Below the pieces are notes generated by a model. It ran no database searches. It was given only the letters and a program-made list of their open reading frames with translations, and was not told the DNA's origin. Source: an uncultured Gammaproteobacteria bacterium (GTDB taxonomy: Bacteria > Patescibacteriota > Microgenomatia > Levybacterales > UBA12049). From it: a stretch of DNA of 64,000 nucleotides. Shown in pieces: positions 1-8,236 of this stretch. A program made the position numbers and the translations under genes. The stretch's first letter is position 1; each line of letters opens with the position of its first letter. Where the stretch lies: contig CAZLZN010000003.1 of assembly GCA_964564035.1 (NCBI GenBank), positions 13,995-77,994 on the forward strand, given 5' to 3'.

Positions 1-729
1 GCCGAAGGCGACGATTACGAAAAAGAAGACGGAACCCCCAAAACCGAAAACCGTGCTCTTCCGGAGTTCCACATACCTGAAAAAGAATGGCTCGCCGCCG
101 AGTCCGCATACAAAAACCAGAATACCGTACTCGCACAGGCTCAAGCAGCTCTGAATACAGCGTGGCTGGAATACCAATCAACGCGGGACATAACAGTTAC
201 CGCGACTGCGGATGGAGAAGTTGTAAATTTATTAAAAAAAGCAGGCGACCAGGTGGACTCACGAATGACTGGCGCAGATCCCGTACTGATAATTGCGAAC
301 TTTAATAATCCGTCGGTACTTGCTTCTGTAAATGAAATCAATATACCCAGAATAAAAACTGGACAAAAAACCCGTATTGTTTTTGATGCGCTCCCAAACA
401 GAAAATATAACGGCGTTGTCGATAGAATAGATTCAATCGGCGTCAAAACACAAGGCTCTGTCAATTATGATGCCAAAATCATACTGAACAATTCTGATAG
501 CTTCATAAAACCCGGCATGACAGCGCAAATTATAATAGAAACCATCAATAAGCCGAGCGTAATTACCATACCAAATCGCGCTATTATAACTAAAAATAAT
601 CGTAATTACGTACAAATGCGGGACAGAAATAAAAATATGACTGAAGTAATTATCGGCGAAAAAGGATTAATCAAATCCGAAGTAATAAAAGGCCTGGTGC
701 CGGGCGATAAAATTATTATTCCCGACTAA
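1..729 (+). CDS. Efflux-system periplasmic adaptor, HlyD/MacA family (C-terminal part; gene starts upstream of the window)
   Basis: Frame 1 is open from nt 1 to the stop at 727-729. The translated tail looks like an adaptor beta-barrel region (ITVTATADGEVV..KAGDQV; VVDRIDSIG). It lies 6 nt upstream of an FtsX-type permease and ABC ATPase. Confidence 0.7.
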   Translation, partial: AEGDDYEKEDGTPKTENRALPEFHIPEKEWLAAESAYKNQNTVLAQAQAALNTAWLEYQSTRDITVTATADGEVVNLLKKAGDQVDSRMTGADPVLIIANFNNPSVLASVNEINIPRIKTGQKTRIVFDALPNRKYNGVVDRIDSIGVKTQGSVNYDAKIILNNSDSFIKPGMTAQIIIETINKPSVITIPNRAIITKNNRNYVQMRDRNKNMTEVIIGEKGLIKSEVIKGLVPGDKIIIPD

Positions 730-735
730 ATAGGT

Positions 736-1953
736 ATGAACGATTTCAAAACCGCCTCATTCATCGCTTATAAATCCATACTTAAGGGTAACAAATCAAC
801 TCATGCTCTTTTGATTTTCGTGCTCTCACTTTCTTTCCTGAACATGATGTTTATATCAGGTATACTATCCGGCCTGGAAAATACTTTTACCAAAGTAATT
901 ATTGATGTTTGGAGTTCTCATATTATAATCGCGCCCGAGCAGGAGCCTCAGCAAAAACAATTTATACAAAATCAGAATGAAGTTCGCAGTCAAATTGAAA
1001 CAATACCCGGAGTGATTGCAACGGCCAGACATTACCAGCTCGCCGGATCGGTTTCATTCGATAAGGAAAAAAACGGTGTATCCAAAAGTATTTCAGGAGC
1101 AATATTAGGTATTGATCCGTCTCAGGAAAAAGGAGTTCTAACACTCGATAGTTTTATGCTCGAAGGCGAATACTTATCTGATCAGGATACCGATCAAATC
1201 CTGTTAAGCTCGGCTTTAGCCGGCGGCTACGGCCTTCCTGCTCCAAATGACCTTGGCGGCGTCAAAGTTGGGGACAAGGTACAATTAACTTTTTCAAATG
1301 GAATTATCAGAACATACAATGTTAAAGGTATTTATGACGATTCGATCGGAATATTTTTTACATACATAACCGCGCGCGAAGCCGAATCGGTGCTTTCAAC
1401 CTACAATAATGCATCCCAAATCCTTGTAAAAACAGATCTGTCACGAAAGCCGATTGCTTATTTTGAAAAAAACATTAAACAATTATTTCCAAAGCTATCC
1501 GTTCAAAACTACACTGTAATTTTGGGCACCGCCGGAGCATTCATAAACGCTCTTAACCTGATATCCTTTATCGTAGGCGCAATTAGTGTTATAGTTGCCG
1601 CGATTACTATTTTCGTCTTAATTTATGTAAACGCGACTAACAAACGTAGACAAATCGGCATCCTCAAAGCAATTGGTATTAAACAAAATATAATAATAGT
1701 GTCTTATGTACTGCAATCTATTTTTTACTCTATTTGCGGTGTGATTATAGGAGCAATACTTGTATTCGGTATTCTGACACCCCTTCTTGCCAAATATCCA
1801 ATAAACATCACTTTTGCGGATCTCTCGTTAATGTTTACACCGTCCGTAATAATCATTGGCGTCGTTAGCTTATTAGTCGCCGGCTTAGTAGCCGGTTATA
1901 TCCCGGCAAGAATTGTAGTCAAGCAGGAAATACTTAAATCTATCTGGAGATAA
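736..1953 (+). CDS. ABC transporter permease, FtsX/MacB type
   Basis: 405 aa with an N-terminal TM helix, a large extracytoplasmic domain and three C-terminal TM helices (..NKRRQIGILKAIGIK..). It is flanked by adaptor and ATPase genes with 6- and 4-nt gaps. Confidence 0.8.
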   Translation: MNDFKTASFIAYKSILKGNKSTHALLIFVLSLSFLNMMFISGILSGLENTFTKVIIDVWSSHIIIAPEQEPQQKQFIQNQNEVRSQIETIPGVIATARHYQLAGSVSFDKEKNGVSKSISGAILGIDPSQEKGVLTLDSFMLEGEYLSDQDTDQILLSSALAGGYGLPAPNDLGGVKVGDKVQLTFSNGIIRTYNVKGIYDDSIGIFFTYITAREAESVLSTYNNASQILVKTDLSRKPIAYFEKNIKQLFPKLSVQNYTVILGTAGAFINALNLISFIVGAISVIVAAITIFVLIYVNATNKRRQIGILKAIGIKQNIIIVSYVLQSIFYSICGVIIGAILVFGILTPLLAKYPINITFADLSLMFTPSVIIIGVVSLLVAGLVAGYIPARIVVKQEILKSIWR

Positions 1954-1957
1954 ATTT

Positions 1958-2623
1958 ATGATCAAGGTAGAAAATCTCAAAAAAATATATCCGGGAAAAA
2001 TCCCGACGCCGGCTTTAAAAGGTGTAACTTTTGAAGTCAAAGATGGCGAGTTCATCGCCCTCATGGGACGAAGCGGTTCCGGCAAATCAACTCTCCTGCA
2101 TCAGCTTGGGCTTTTGGACACACCTTCTGAAGGCAAAATCTTTATAGATGGACAAAACATACTGGATCTTGATGAAGATCAAAAGACAAAATTCAGGCTT
2201 TCCAAAATGGGATATATTTTTCAGGAATACGCATTGATTGCTGAATTTACTGCTATAGAAAATGTATTTTTACCCGCCATGGCTCTAGGTAAAGCGCTAG
2301 ACAAAACCGATGCCGCCAATTTACTAAATCTGGTTGGATTATCAAATCGCCATCATCATTACCCGAATGAATTATCTGGCGGCGAACAACAGAGGGTCGC
2401 GATAGCAAGGTCTCTAATCAACAACCCCAAAGTTCTATTTGCTGACGAACCGACCGCGAATTTGGATTTTGCATCAGCTGAAATAGTACTGGAGCTTTTC
2501 CAAAAACTAAATGACGACTTCAAGCAGACTATCCTCATGATCACACATGAACCCGATGACAAAAAATACGTCGACCGCGTCATCTGGCTCCAAGACGGCC
2601 TCCTTTCAAAAATAAAAAAATGA
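1958..2623 (+). CDS. ABC transporter ATP-binding protein (MacB/LolD-like)
   Basis: Walker A GRSGSGKST, Q-loop, signature LSGGEQQRVAIARSL, Walker B VLFADEPT and the H-loop ITHE are all present. Confidence 0.9.
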   Translation: MIKVENLKKIYPGKIPTPALKGVTFEVKDGEFIALMGRSGSGKSTLLHQLGLLDTPSEGKIFIDGQNILDLDEDQKTKFRLSKMGYIFQEYALIAEFTAIENVFLPAMALGKALDKTDAANLLNLVGLSNRHHHYPNELSGGEQQRVAIARSLINNPKVLFADEPTANLDFASAEIVLELFQKLNDDFKQTILMITHEPDDKKYVDRVIWLQDGLLSKIKK

Positions 2624-2666
2624 ATTCTATTATTTTAGTGTATAATATCAAACAATATTTAACTCT

Positions 2667-3746
2667 ATGACTATACTCGGCATCGAAACATCCTGCGACG
2701 AAACATCTGTCGCCATCCTTGAATGCAGTGAAAATTCACTAACGATCAAATCAAACATCGTCGCCTCATCTCTTGAGATTCACTCCAAAACAGGCGGCGT
2801 GATTCCCGAAAACGCCGCCCGAGCCCAACTCACATACATGCTCCCCGTACTGCAGGAAGCCCTCCTCGAAGCCTTCGGATTAACTCCGCAACAAATTACC
2901 AAAACCCCGCCGCCCATTGACGCGATCGCCGTCACATTCGGCCCCGGACTTATCGGACCTCTCCTGGTCGGCACCGAAACCGCCCGCACGCTCTCATACG
3001 TTTGGCACAAACCTCTGATCCCTGTCAATCACATGCTCGGCCACATATACGCGAATTTCATAAGCCCGACAAATATATCAAATGGAAAAATGAAAAATGA
3101 TCAAATGATAAATGAAAAAATAATTAATTTTCCCCTTATCGCCCTCGTGGTATCAGGCGGCCATACCGACTTGATCTATATGAAAAAACACGGACACTAC
3201 CAGGTTCTCGGCGGTACCAGAGATGACGCGGCCGGAGAAGCATTCGACAAAATAGGAAGACTGCTCGGACTCCCTTATCCCGCCGGACCCGTTATCGAAA
3301 AACGCGCGGCCTCAGGCAATGCCGAAGCTTTCAACCTGCCGAGCCCTTTGATACACGACAAATCTTACGACTTCTCGTTTTCTGGTCTAAAAACTGCAGT
3401 CCTGAATGTTGTCAAAAAAATTGAAAAAATGGAAGAAAATATTGTCAACGATATCGCGGCAGGCACCCAAAAAGCTATTATTGACGTGCTTATCAAAAAA
3501 ACACTGCGCGCCGCAGAGGAATACAATGCGAAATCGATTCTCTTGTCGGGAGGAGTCGCGGCAAACCAAACGCTCAGGGAAATTTTCCAATCGGAAATCC
3601 TCAAGCGTAAAATCAACTCAAAATTATATTTTCCGCCCAAAAATCTGTGTACGGATAATGCTGCTATGATTGCAGCCGCCGGCTTTTTCAATTACAATCC
3701 TGTTCCCTGGAAAAAACTCGCCCCCAATCCGGAACTGTATTACTAA
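2667..3746 (+). CDS. tsaD: tRNA N6-adenosine threonylcarbamoyltransferase TsaD (Kae1/Qri7 family)
   Basis: Starts ILGIETSCDETSVAI and contains HMLGHIYA and VSGGHT motifs over 359 aa. It carries a K/N-rich insertion (NISNGKMKNDQMINEKIINF, nt ~3071-3130). Confidence 0.9.
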   Translation: MTILGIETSCDETSVAILECSENSLTIKSNIVASSLEIHSKTGGVIPENAARAQLTYMLPVLQEALLEAFGLTPQQITKTPPPIDAIAVTFGPGLIGPLLVGTETARTLSYVWHKPLIPVNHMLGHIYANFISPTNISNGKMKNDQMINEKIINFPLIALVVSGGHTDLIYMKKHGHYQVLGGTRDDAAGEAFDKIGRLLGLPYPAGPVIEKRAASGNAEAFNLPSPLIHDKSYDFSFSGLKTAVLNVVKKIEKMEENIVNDIAAGTQKAIIDVLIKKTLRAAEEYNAKSILLSGGVAANQTLREIFQSEILKRKINSKLYFPPKNLCTDNAAMIAAAGFFNYNPVPWKKLAPNPELYY

Positions 3747-4630
3747 GCACTCCAGCGCCCGAAAATTCCCGTAGACAAAAGCCTGGCTGAGCTCTTCTCC
3801 TCAATACAAAGCTCTCCGCTCTCGATTTGTCCGCCATGCTTTAGCATATAGTCGCCAAGCATATTATTAAGCATGAAACTCGATGCCGAAACCGCGTAGG
3901 CATTGATCAGAACAAAAACAGGTTTTTCGGATAATAAATCGGCGCAAACCTTAAGAAGTTCCGGAAAACTTTTATTAAAATCCCACACCTCTCCATTCGG
4001 ACCGTGTCCGTAAACAGGCGGATCCATAATTATCCCGTCATACCTGTGCCCCCGCCTCAGCTCTCTTTGACAATACTTAATTACATCCTCGCGTATCCAT
4101 CTGATCGGCTTATCCGAAAGACCGGACAACTGCTGATTCTCTCTAGCCCACCCGATAGAAGGCGCCGAAGCATCCACATGAGTAACTTCGCATCCTTCAT
4201 TCGCAGCGATCAACGAGGCAACTCCAGTATAAGCAAAAAGGTTTAATATCTTTAAGTTTTGATCTGTGTTTTTGATCTTTGATTTTTTATCTTTGATCTT
4301 ATCTACAATCCACTCCCACATCAAATGCTGTTCCGCAAACACGCCTGTATGTTTAAACGAAGTAAGCTTCGCTTGAAACGACAGATCTCTATATTTCATC
4401 AGCCATTTTTCAGGCATCGCATGCTTGGTGATCCATCTCTCGCGTCCGTCTTTATCTTTGGCAAATAACGCGTCAGCCCTTTCCCACTCCTCAGCATCAA
4501 GCTTGCGCTTCCACAAACACTGCGGATCAGGACGCGCTATTTTATATTTCCCGAACCTCTCCAGCCTGCATCCCTCCCCGCTATCCAGAAGCTCATAATC
4601 CCCCCATCCCGATGTTTTTAAAATATTCAT
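3743..4630 (-). CDS. Class I SAM-dependent (rRNA-type) methyltransferase
   Basis: Motif I-like LNLFAYTGVASL and motif IV-like IIMDPPVYG give an RlmI/PF10672-like layout. I chose the ATG at 4630 (MNILKTSGWG..) because the longer ORF start at 4678 would overlap the obg 3' end. It carries a K-rich insertion (DKIKDKKSKIKNTDQNLK). Confidence 0.65.
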   Translation of the reverse strand: MNILKTSGWGDYELLDSGEGCRLERFGKYKIARPDPQCLWKRKLDAEEWERADALFAKDKDGRERWITKHAMPEKWLMKYRDLSFQAKLTSFKHTGVFAEQHLMWEWIVDKIKDKKSKIKNTDQNLKILNLFAYTGVASLIAANEGCEVTHVDASAPSIGWARENQQLSGLSDKPIRWIREDVIKYCQRELRRGHRYDGIIMDPPVYGHGPNGEVWDFNKSFPELLKVCADLLSEKPVFVLINAYAVSASSFMLNNMLGDYMLKHGGQIESGELCIEEKSSARLLSTGIFGRWSA

Positions 4631-4634
4631 AATT

Positions 4635-5627
4635 TTACTCTTCCCTGACAAGTTTTTTTGATGAAGCAATATTTTCAAGTAAAACCTTTCTCAAATTCTT
4701 AACCCTGACATCATCAATAATTGACACCGCCGCTGCCGGCTTTTTCAACTTTTTGATCTCTTTCATTTTTTTATCTATAGTCTTATCATCGACCATATCT
4801 GTTTTAGTCAAAATAATTATTTCATCTTTCTCCAAAAGTTCCGGATTAAATTTCTCAAACTCACGCCTGACTGTTTTATATACTTCAATCAAATTATCCT
4901 GAGTTATATCAATACAATGCGCGATAAGACCCGTTTTCTCAATATGCTTCAAAAACTTGATACCGAGTCCCTTTCCCGAACTCGCGCCCTCAATCAGACC
5001 GGGTATATCCGCCAAAATTATTTTGTTACCATTTGCGCCATACATTACTCCCAAATTCGGCTCAACCGTAGTAAAAGGATAATCTCCGATACGTGGCTGT
5101 GCATTAGTCAAAGCCTTAAGCAAACTGCTTTTGCCTGCATTGGGAAGTCCCGCGAGTCCCACCTGAGCAATCAGCCGCAGTTCCAGATGCACAGTCTTCT
5201 CTTGTCCCTTTTGCCCCTTCTCGGCATACCTCGGTGTCTGGTTCGTTGACGACTTAAACTCATCATTACCCAGCCCTCCGCGGCCGCCTCTGGCTATCAA
5301 AAATGGAGTTGTAGTATCGATTACCTCATGGATCCAATCCGATTGATTGACAGAAACTCTGGTGCCGATCGGTACTTTCACATAAATATCCTCCGCATTG
5401 CGCCCGTCTTTATCCTGTCTGCCCCCGGGCTGGCCGCTTTCCGCTTCAATTCTATTTTTGAATTTAAACTGCGTCAGCGCGCCGATATCATCAACGCCGA
5501 TCAGGTATACATCGCCCCCGTTTCCTCCGTTACCGCCGGATGGCCCCCCTCTCATAGGATGAAAAGTCACAGCCCCGTTGCCCCCGTCTCCGGCCTTGAC
5601 CGTAATCACAATATCATCAATTAACAT
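4635..5627 (-). CDS. obg: GTPase Obg/CgtA
   Basis: Gly-rich Obg fold at the N terminus (KAGDGGNGAVTF..GGNGGNGGDVY), then G1 GLPNAGKSS, G3 DIPGLIEGAS and G4 TKTD. Confidence 0.9.
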   Translation of the reverse strand: MLIDDIVITVKAGDGGNGAVTFHPMRGGPSGGNGGNGGDVYLIGVDDIGALTQFKFKNRIEAESGQPGGRQDKDGRNAEDIYVKVPIGTRVSVNQSDWIHEVIDTTTPFLIARGGRGGLGNDEFKSSTNQTPRYAEKGQKGQEKTVHLELRLIAQVGLAGLPNAGKSSLLKALTNAQPRIGDYPFTTVEPNLGVMYGANGNKIILADIPGLIEGASSGKGLGIKFLKHIEKTGLIAHCIDITQDNLIEVYKTVRREFEKFNPELLEKDEIIILTKTDMVDDKTIDKKMKEIKKLKKPAAAVSIIDDVRVKNLRKVLLENIASSKKLVREE

Positions 5628-5703
5628 ATGCCTATTTTAACACAAACGCGCCTTTTCCCGACAAAAACATCATATTTACCAATTAAATATTCTATTAAGA
5701 TCC

Positions 5704-5777
5704 TAAATCAAAACTCAAAGCCGAGTTTTTTTAGCTTTAAGTTAGTTTTTGAATTTTGCATTTTGAGCTTTGATCTA
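5704..5777. repeat. AT-rich intergenic element, member of a dispersed family (shares a 25-mer with 14785-14809)
   Basis: aattttgcattttgagctttgatct at 5752-5776 versus aattttgcattttgaactttgatct at 14785-14809, with 1 mismatch. Confidence 0.7.
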
Positions 5778-5827
5778 CTTAAAATATAGCTCTTTATCTT
5801 CTTCTGAATAACCTGTGAGGAATAGTA

Positions 5828-6235
5828 TTAATTTTGCTTTTTCAATTGCGCGTTGAGGTCAATATACTGCTTTACGGTATCTATCACTTGTTGGGGAGTA
5901 TAATCAACTTTCACCAAAAACGCATTAGCTCCTAGACTGAGAGCTTCTTTAATAATATCCCCCTCGCTCAAGTTTGTAAGGACAATTACCGAAAGGTCCT
6001 TTGTGGCGTCTTCTTTCTTGATCGCCTTCAGCACTTCAATACCGTTCATCTTGGGAAGCATGAGGTCAAGCAAGATAAGGCTTGCATCGGTATTATTTTT
6101 TATCAAATTCAATCCCTCTTCACCGTCCGATGCCGCAAGAACATTGTATCCCGCGCTCGACAAAGTATCTTCATACAATTTATGTAAAAACGGATCATCC
6201 TCTATCAAAAGTATCTTGTCCTGCATACTAATCAT
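5828..6235 (-). CDS. Stand-alone response regulator receiver domain (CheY-like)
   Basis: 135 aa with an acidic pocket (LLIEDDP), a phospho-acceptor context (ILLDLMLPKMNG) and a conserved T/K (VIVLTN..; ..FLVK). It has no output domain and no adjacent kinase. Confidence 0.8.
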   Translation of the reverse strand: MISMQDKILLIEDDPFLHKLYEDTLSSAGYNVLAASDGEEGLNLIKNNTDASLILLDLMLPKMNGIEVLKAIKKEDATKDLSVIVLTNLSEGDIIKEALSLGANAFLVKVDYTPQQVIDTVKQYIDLNAQLKKQN

Positions 6236-6289
6236 TGTATCACTTTTTCAAAAATTGCACATTGCTACTGGGTAGTATAAAATACGCTT

Positions 6290-7315
6290 GTGACTCTCGA
6301 TACTATTCTCATCATCTCCATAATAGCACTTTTTATTTTTTTATTCCTTCTTTACAAAAAAATTTCCGAAATAAACAAACCATCCGACAATACAGCGCTC
6401 CTTGAATGGCTGAAACAAATGCAGTCCTCCCTCGACTCAACAAACAAAACCCTGCATGAATCATTGTCCTCAAATTCCACAAACATGGTCAAAACGCTTC
6501 AGGAAAATACCAAACAGCTCAACGAGCGCCTTGATCGCGCCGCTCAGGTTATCGCGGGTGTAGGCAAAGAAGTAAGCGTTGTAAGCGAGATAGGCCGCAG
6601 TATGAAAGAGCTCCAGGATTTTCTCAAAAGTCCCAAAATGCGCGGCAATATCGGCGAACAGATCCTCAAAGACTTGATCTCCCAAATTTTTCCTAAAAAC
6701 AGCTTTCACCTGCAGTACAGATTCAAGTCCGGCGAAAAAGTCGACGCCGCCATCAAAACAGACGCCGGAATTATCCCCATCGACTCCAAATTTCCGCTCG
6801 AGAACTTCCAGCGCCTCCTAAAACATCAAACACAGGATAATGAATTCAAATTACTCAAAAAAACTTTTATTAGCGACATAAAAAAACACATTGACGCCAT
6901 AGCTCAAAAATATATTTTGCCTGACGAAGGCACCATGGATTTTGCGCTCATGTATATACCAAGTGAAGCTGTTTTTTATGAAATAATAAATATGGAAGAA
7001 CTCATCGATTACTCCCGGAGCCATCGTGTTTACATGGTATCCCCGAGTACCCTCTACGCGCATTTGCAGACTATCCTCTTGTCTTTTGAGGGTAAAAAGA
7101 TCGAGCTGGAATCAAAACAGATAATCAGACTCTTGAGATCGATCCAAATTGATTACGCCAAAGTAAACGACCAGCTTGATCTGCTCGGCAGACACCTGGG
7201 CAACGCGTCCAATCAATATTCAAACGTCCACAAAGGCTTCACCAGCTTCGGCCAAAAACTCGAATCCGTAAAACAGCTAAGCGCGAGCGAAACAGAACAG
7301 CTAAAAATTGACTAA
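6290..7315 (+). CDS. rmuC: DNA recombination protein RmuC
   Basis: N-terminal TM and coiled coil followed by a RmuC nuclease-like core (VDAAIKTDAGIIPIDSKFPLENF; DFALMYIPSEAVFYE). The start codon is GTG. Confidence 0.8.
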   Translation: MTLDTILIISIIALFIFLFLLYKKISEINKPSDNTALLEWLKQMQSSLDSTNKTLHESLSSNSTNMVKTLQENTKQLNERLDRAAQVIAGVGKEVSVVSEIGRSMKELQDFLKSPKMRGNIGEQILKDLISQIFPKNSFHLQYRFKSGEKVDAAIKTDAGIIPIDSKFPLENFQRLLKHQTQDNEFKLLKKTFISDIKKHIDAIAQKYILPDEGTMDFALMYIPSEAVFYEIINMEELIDYSRSHRVYMVSPSTLYAHLQTILLSFEGKKIELESKQIIRLLRSIQIDYAKVNDQLDLLGRHLGNASNQYSNVHKGFTSFGQKLESVKQLSASETEQLKID

Positions 7316-7616
7316 TGCTGTATATCGTAATTCTTAATCAATGCCAATCACAATTAGTTGTCTGTTTTTGCTTTTAAAATCGAACCCGCAAAAAAAATTA
7401 ACGAAATACAGTACTAGGGTGATATAATCCGAATAGACAAAAATACTATGACCGAGAAACTGAACGGGCACTATTCAAACCAGAACGGACATGCGGCTAG
7501 ATCCGAACACTGGAAAAATATAAAATGGATTGAACAGCATAGTGAAGGTTTTATGGGAAGATCACGACCAAGCCTAGAACAGGCCCAATTAACTACCCGG
7601 GCAAAAAAGCGCAGGT

Positions 7617-8144
7617 TTACGGGAGGCAATTCGCCCAAGCGCCCTGCCGGCCCCGGCTCACCATATAAGCCGCTGTTCTGATCGATTCCTCCGCGCTCTT
7701 GCGAAGATCAGGATTACTATCGAATCCCATTTGAGTACGTGTCGAAACCCAGGTTTGCTCAGCAAATTGAAACATCCCGGCATAGAGCCCCGTATCAGAA
7801 ACCGCGTTGAATCCTGATTCACACGCGGCTATACTTTTCAAAAGCTCCCTGTCCACACTATATTCATCCGAATATTTCTGAAACAAACCCTCCAAATCCC
7901 CCGGTGCAATTTGTACAATTATTTGTGTGGGAGAAGGGAGCACTGTTGGCTCTTGTGTAGGCATTGGGGTTGCTGTCGGTATTGGTGAGGGCGCTGCGGT
8001 TGCAGTAGGCACTTCATTAACTATCGCCTCCGGCTCCTTCTTGATAGGCCCGCCATACGCATTCGCAAGCGCATGAAAAATTATACTAAAAAAACAAAAT
8101 GCAAAAAAATATACAGCGGAATATCCAAAAATTTTTCCCTGCAT
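7617..8144 (-). CDS. Membrane-anchored transglycosylase-like (Rpf/SLT-like) cell-wall hydrolase
   Basis: N-terminal TM, a P/T-rich linker and a C-terminal domain with IAACESGFN..GLYAGMFQFAEQTW, the catalytic-Glu context of the transglycosylase-like fold. Confidence 0.6.
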   Translation of the reverse strand: MQGKIFGYSAVYFFAFCFFSIIFHALANAYGGPIKKEPEAIVNEVPTATAAPSPIPTATPMPTQEPTVLPSPTQIIVQIAPGDLEGLFQKYSDEYSVDRELLKSIAACESGFNAVSDTGLYAGMFQFAEQTWVSTRTQMGFDSNPDLRKSAEESIRTAAYMVSRGRQGAWANCLP

Positions 8145-8236
8145 TAATATATTCTACAATAAATTTTTCTTTTTAAATAGTTTGAAAAATCTTTGCAAAA
8201 TGATTGTGTAGTGGTATAGAATAACATTTACCCTTT

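Noticed and set aside
87-464. ORFs 87-305 (+) and 141-464 (-)
   Set aside because: They overlap the frame-1 reading frame that is open from nt 1 and encodes a recognisable HlyD-type adaptor C-terminus.
7448-7681. 77-aa plus-strand ORF
   Set aside because: Its last 65 nt overlap the 3' end of the transglycosylase gene on the other strand, the product is basic and low-complexity, and there is no Shine-Dalgarno. The region is kept only as a possible ncRNA locus.
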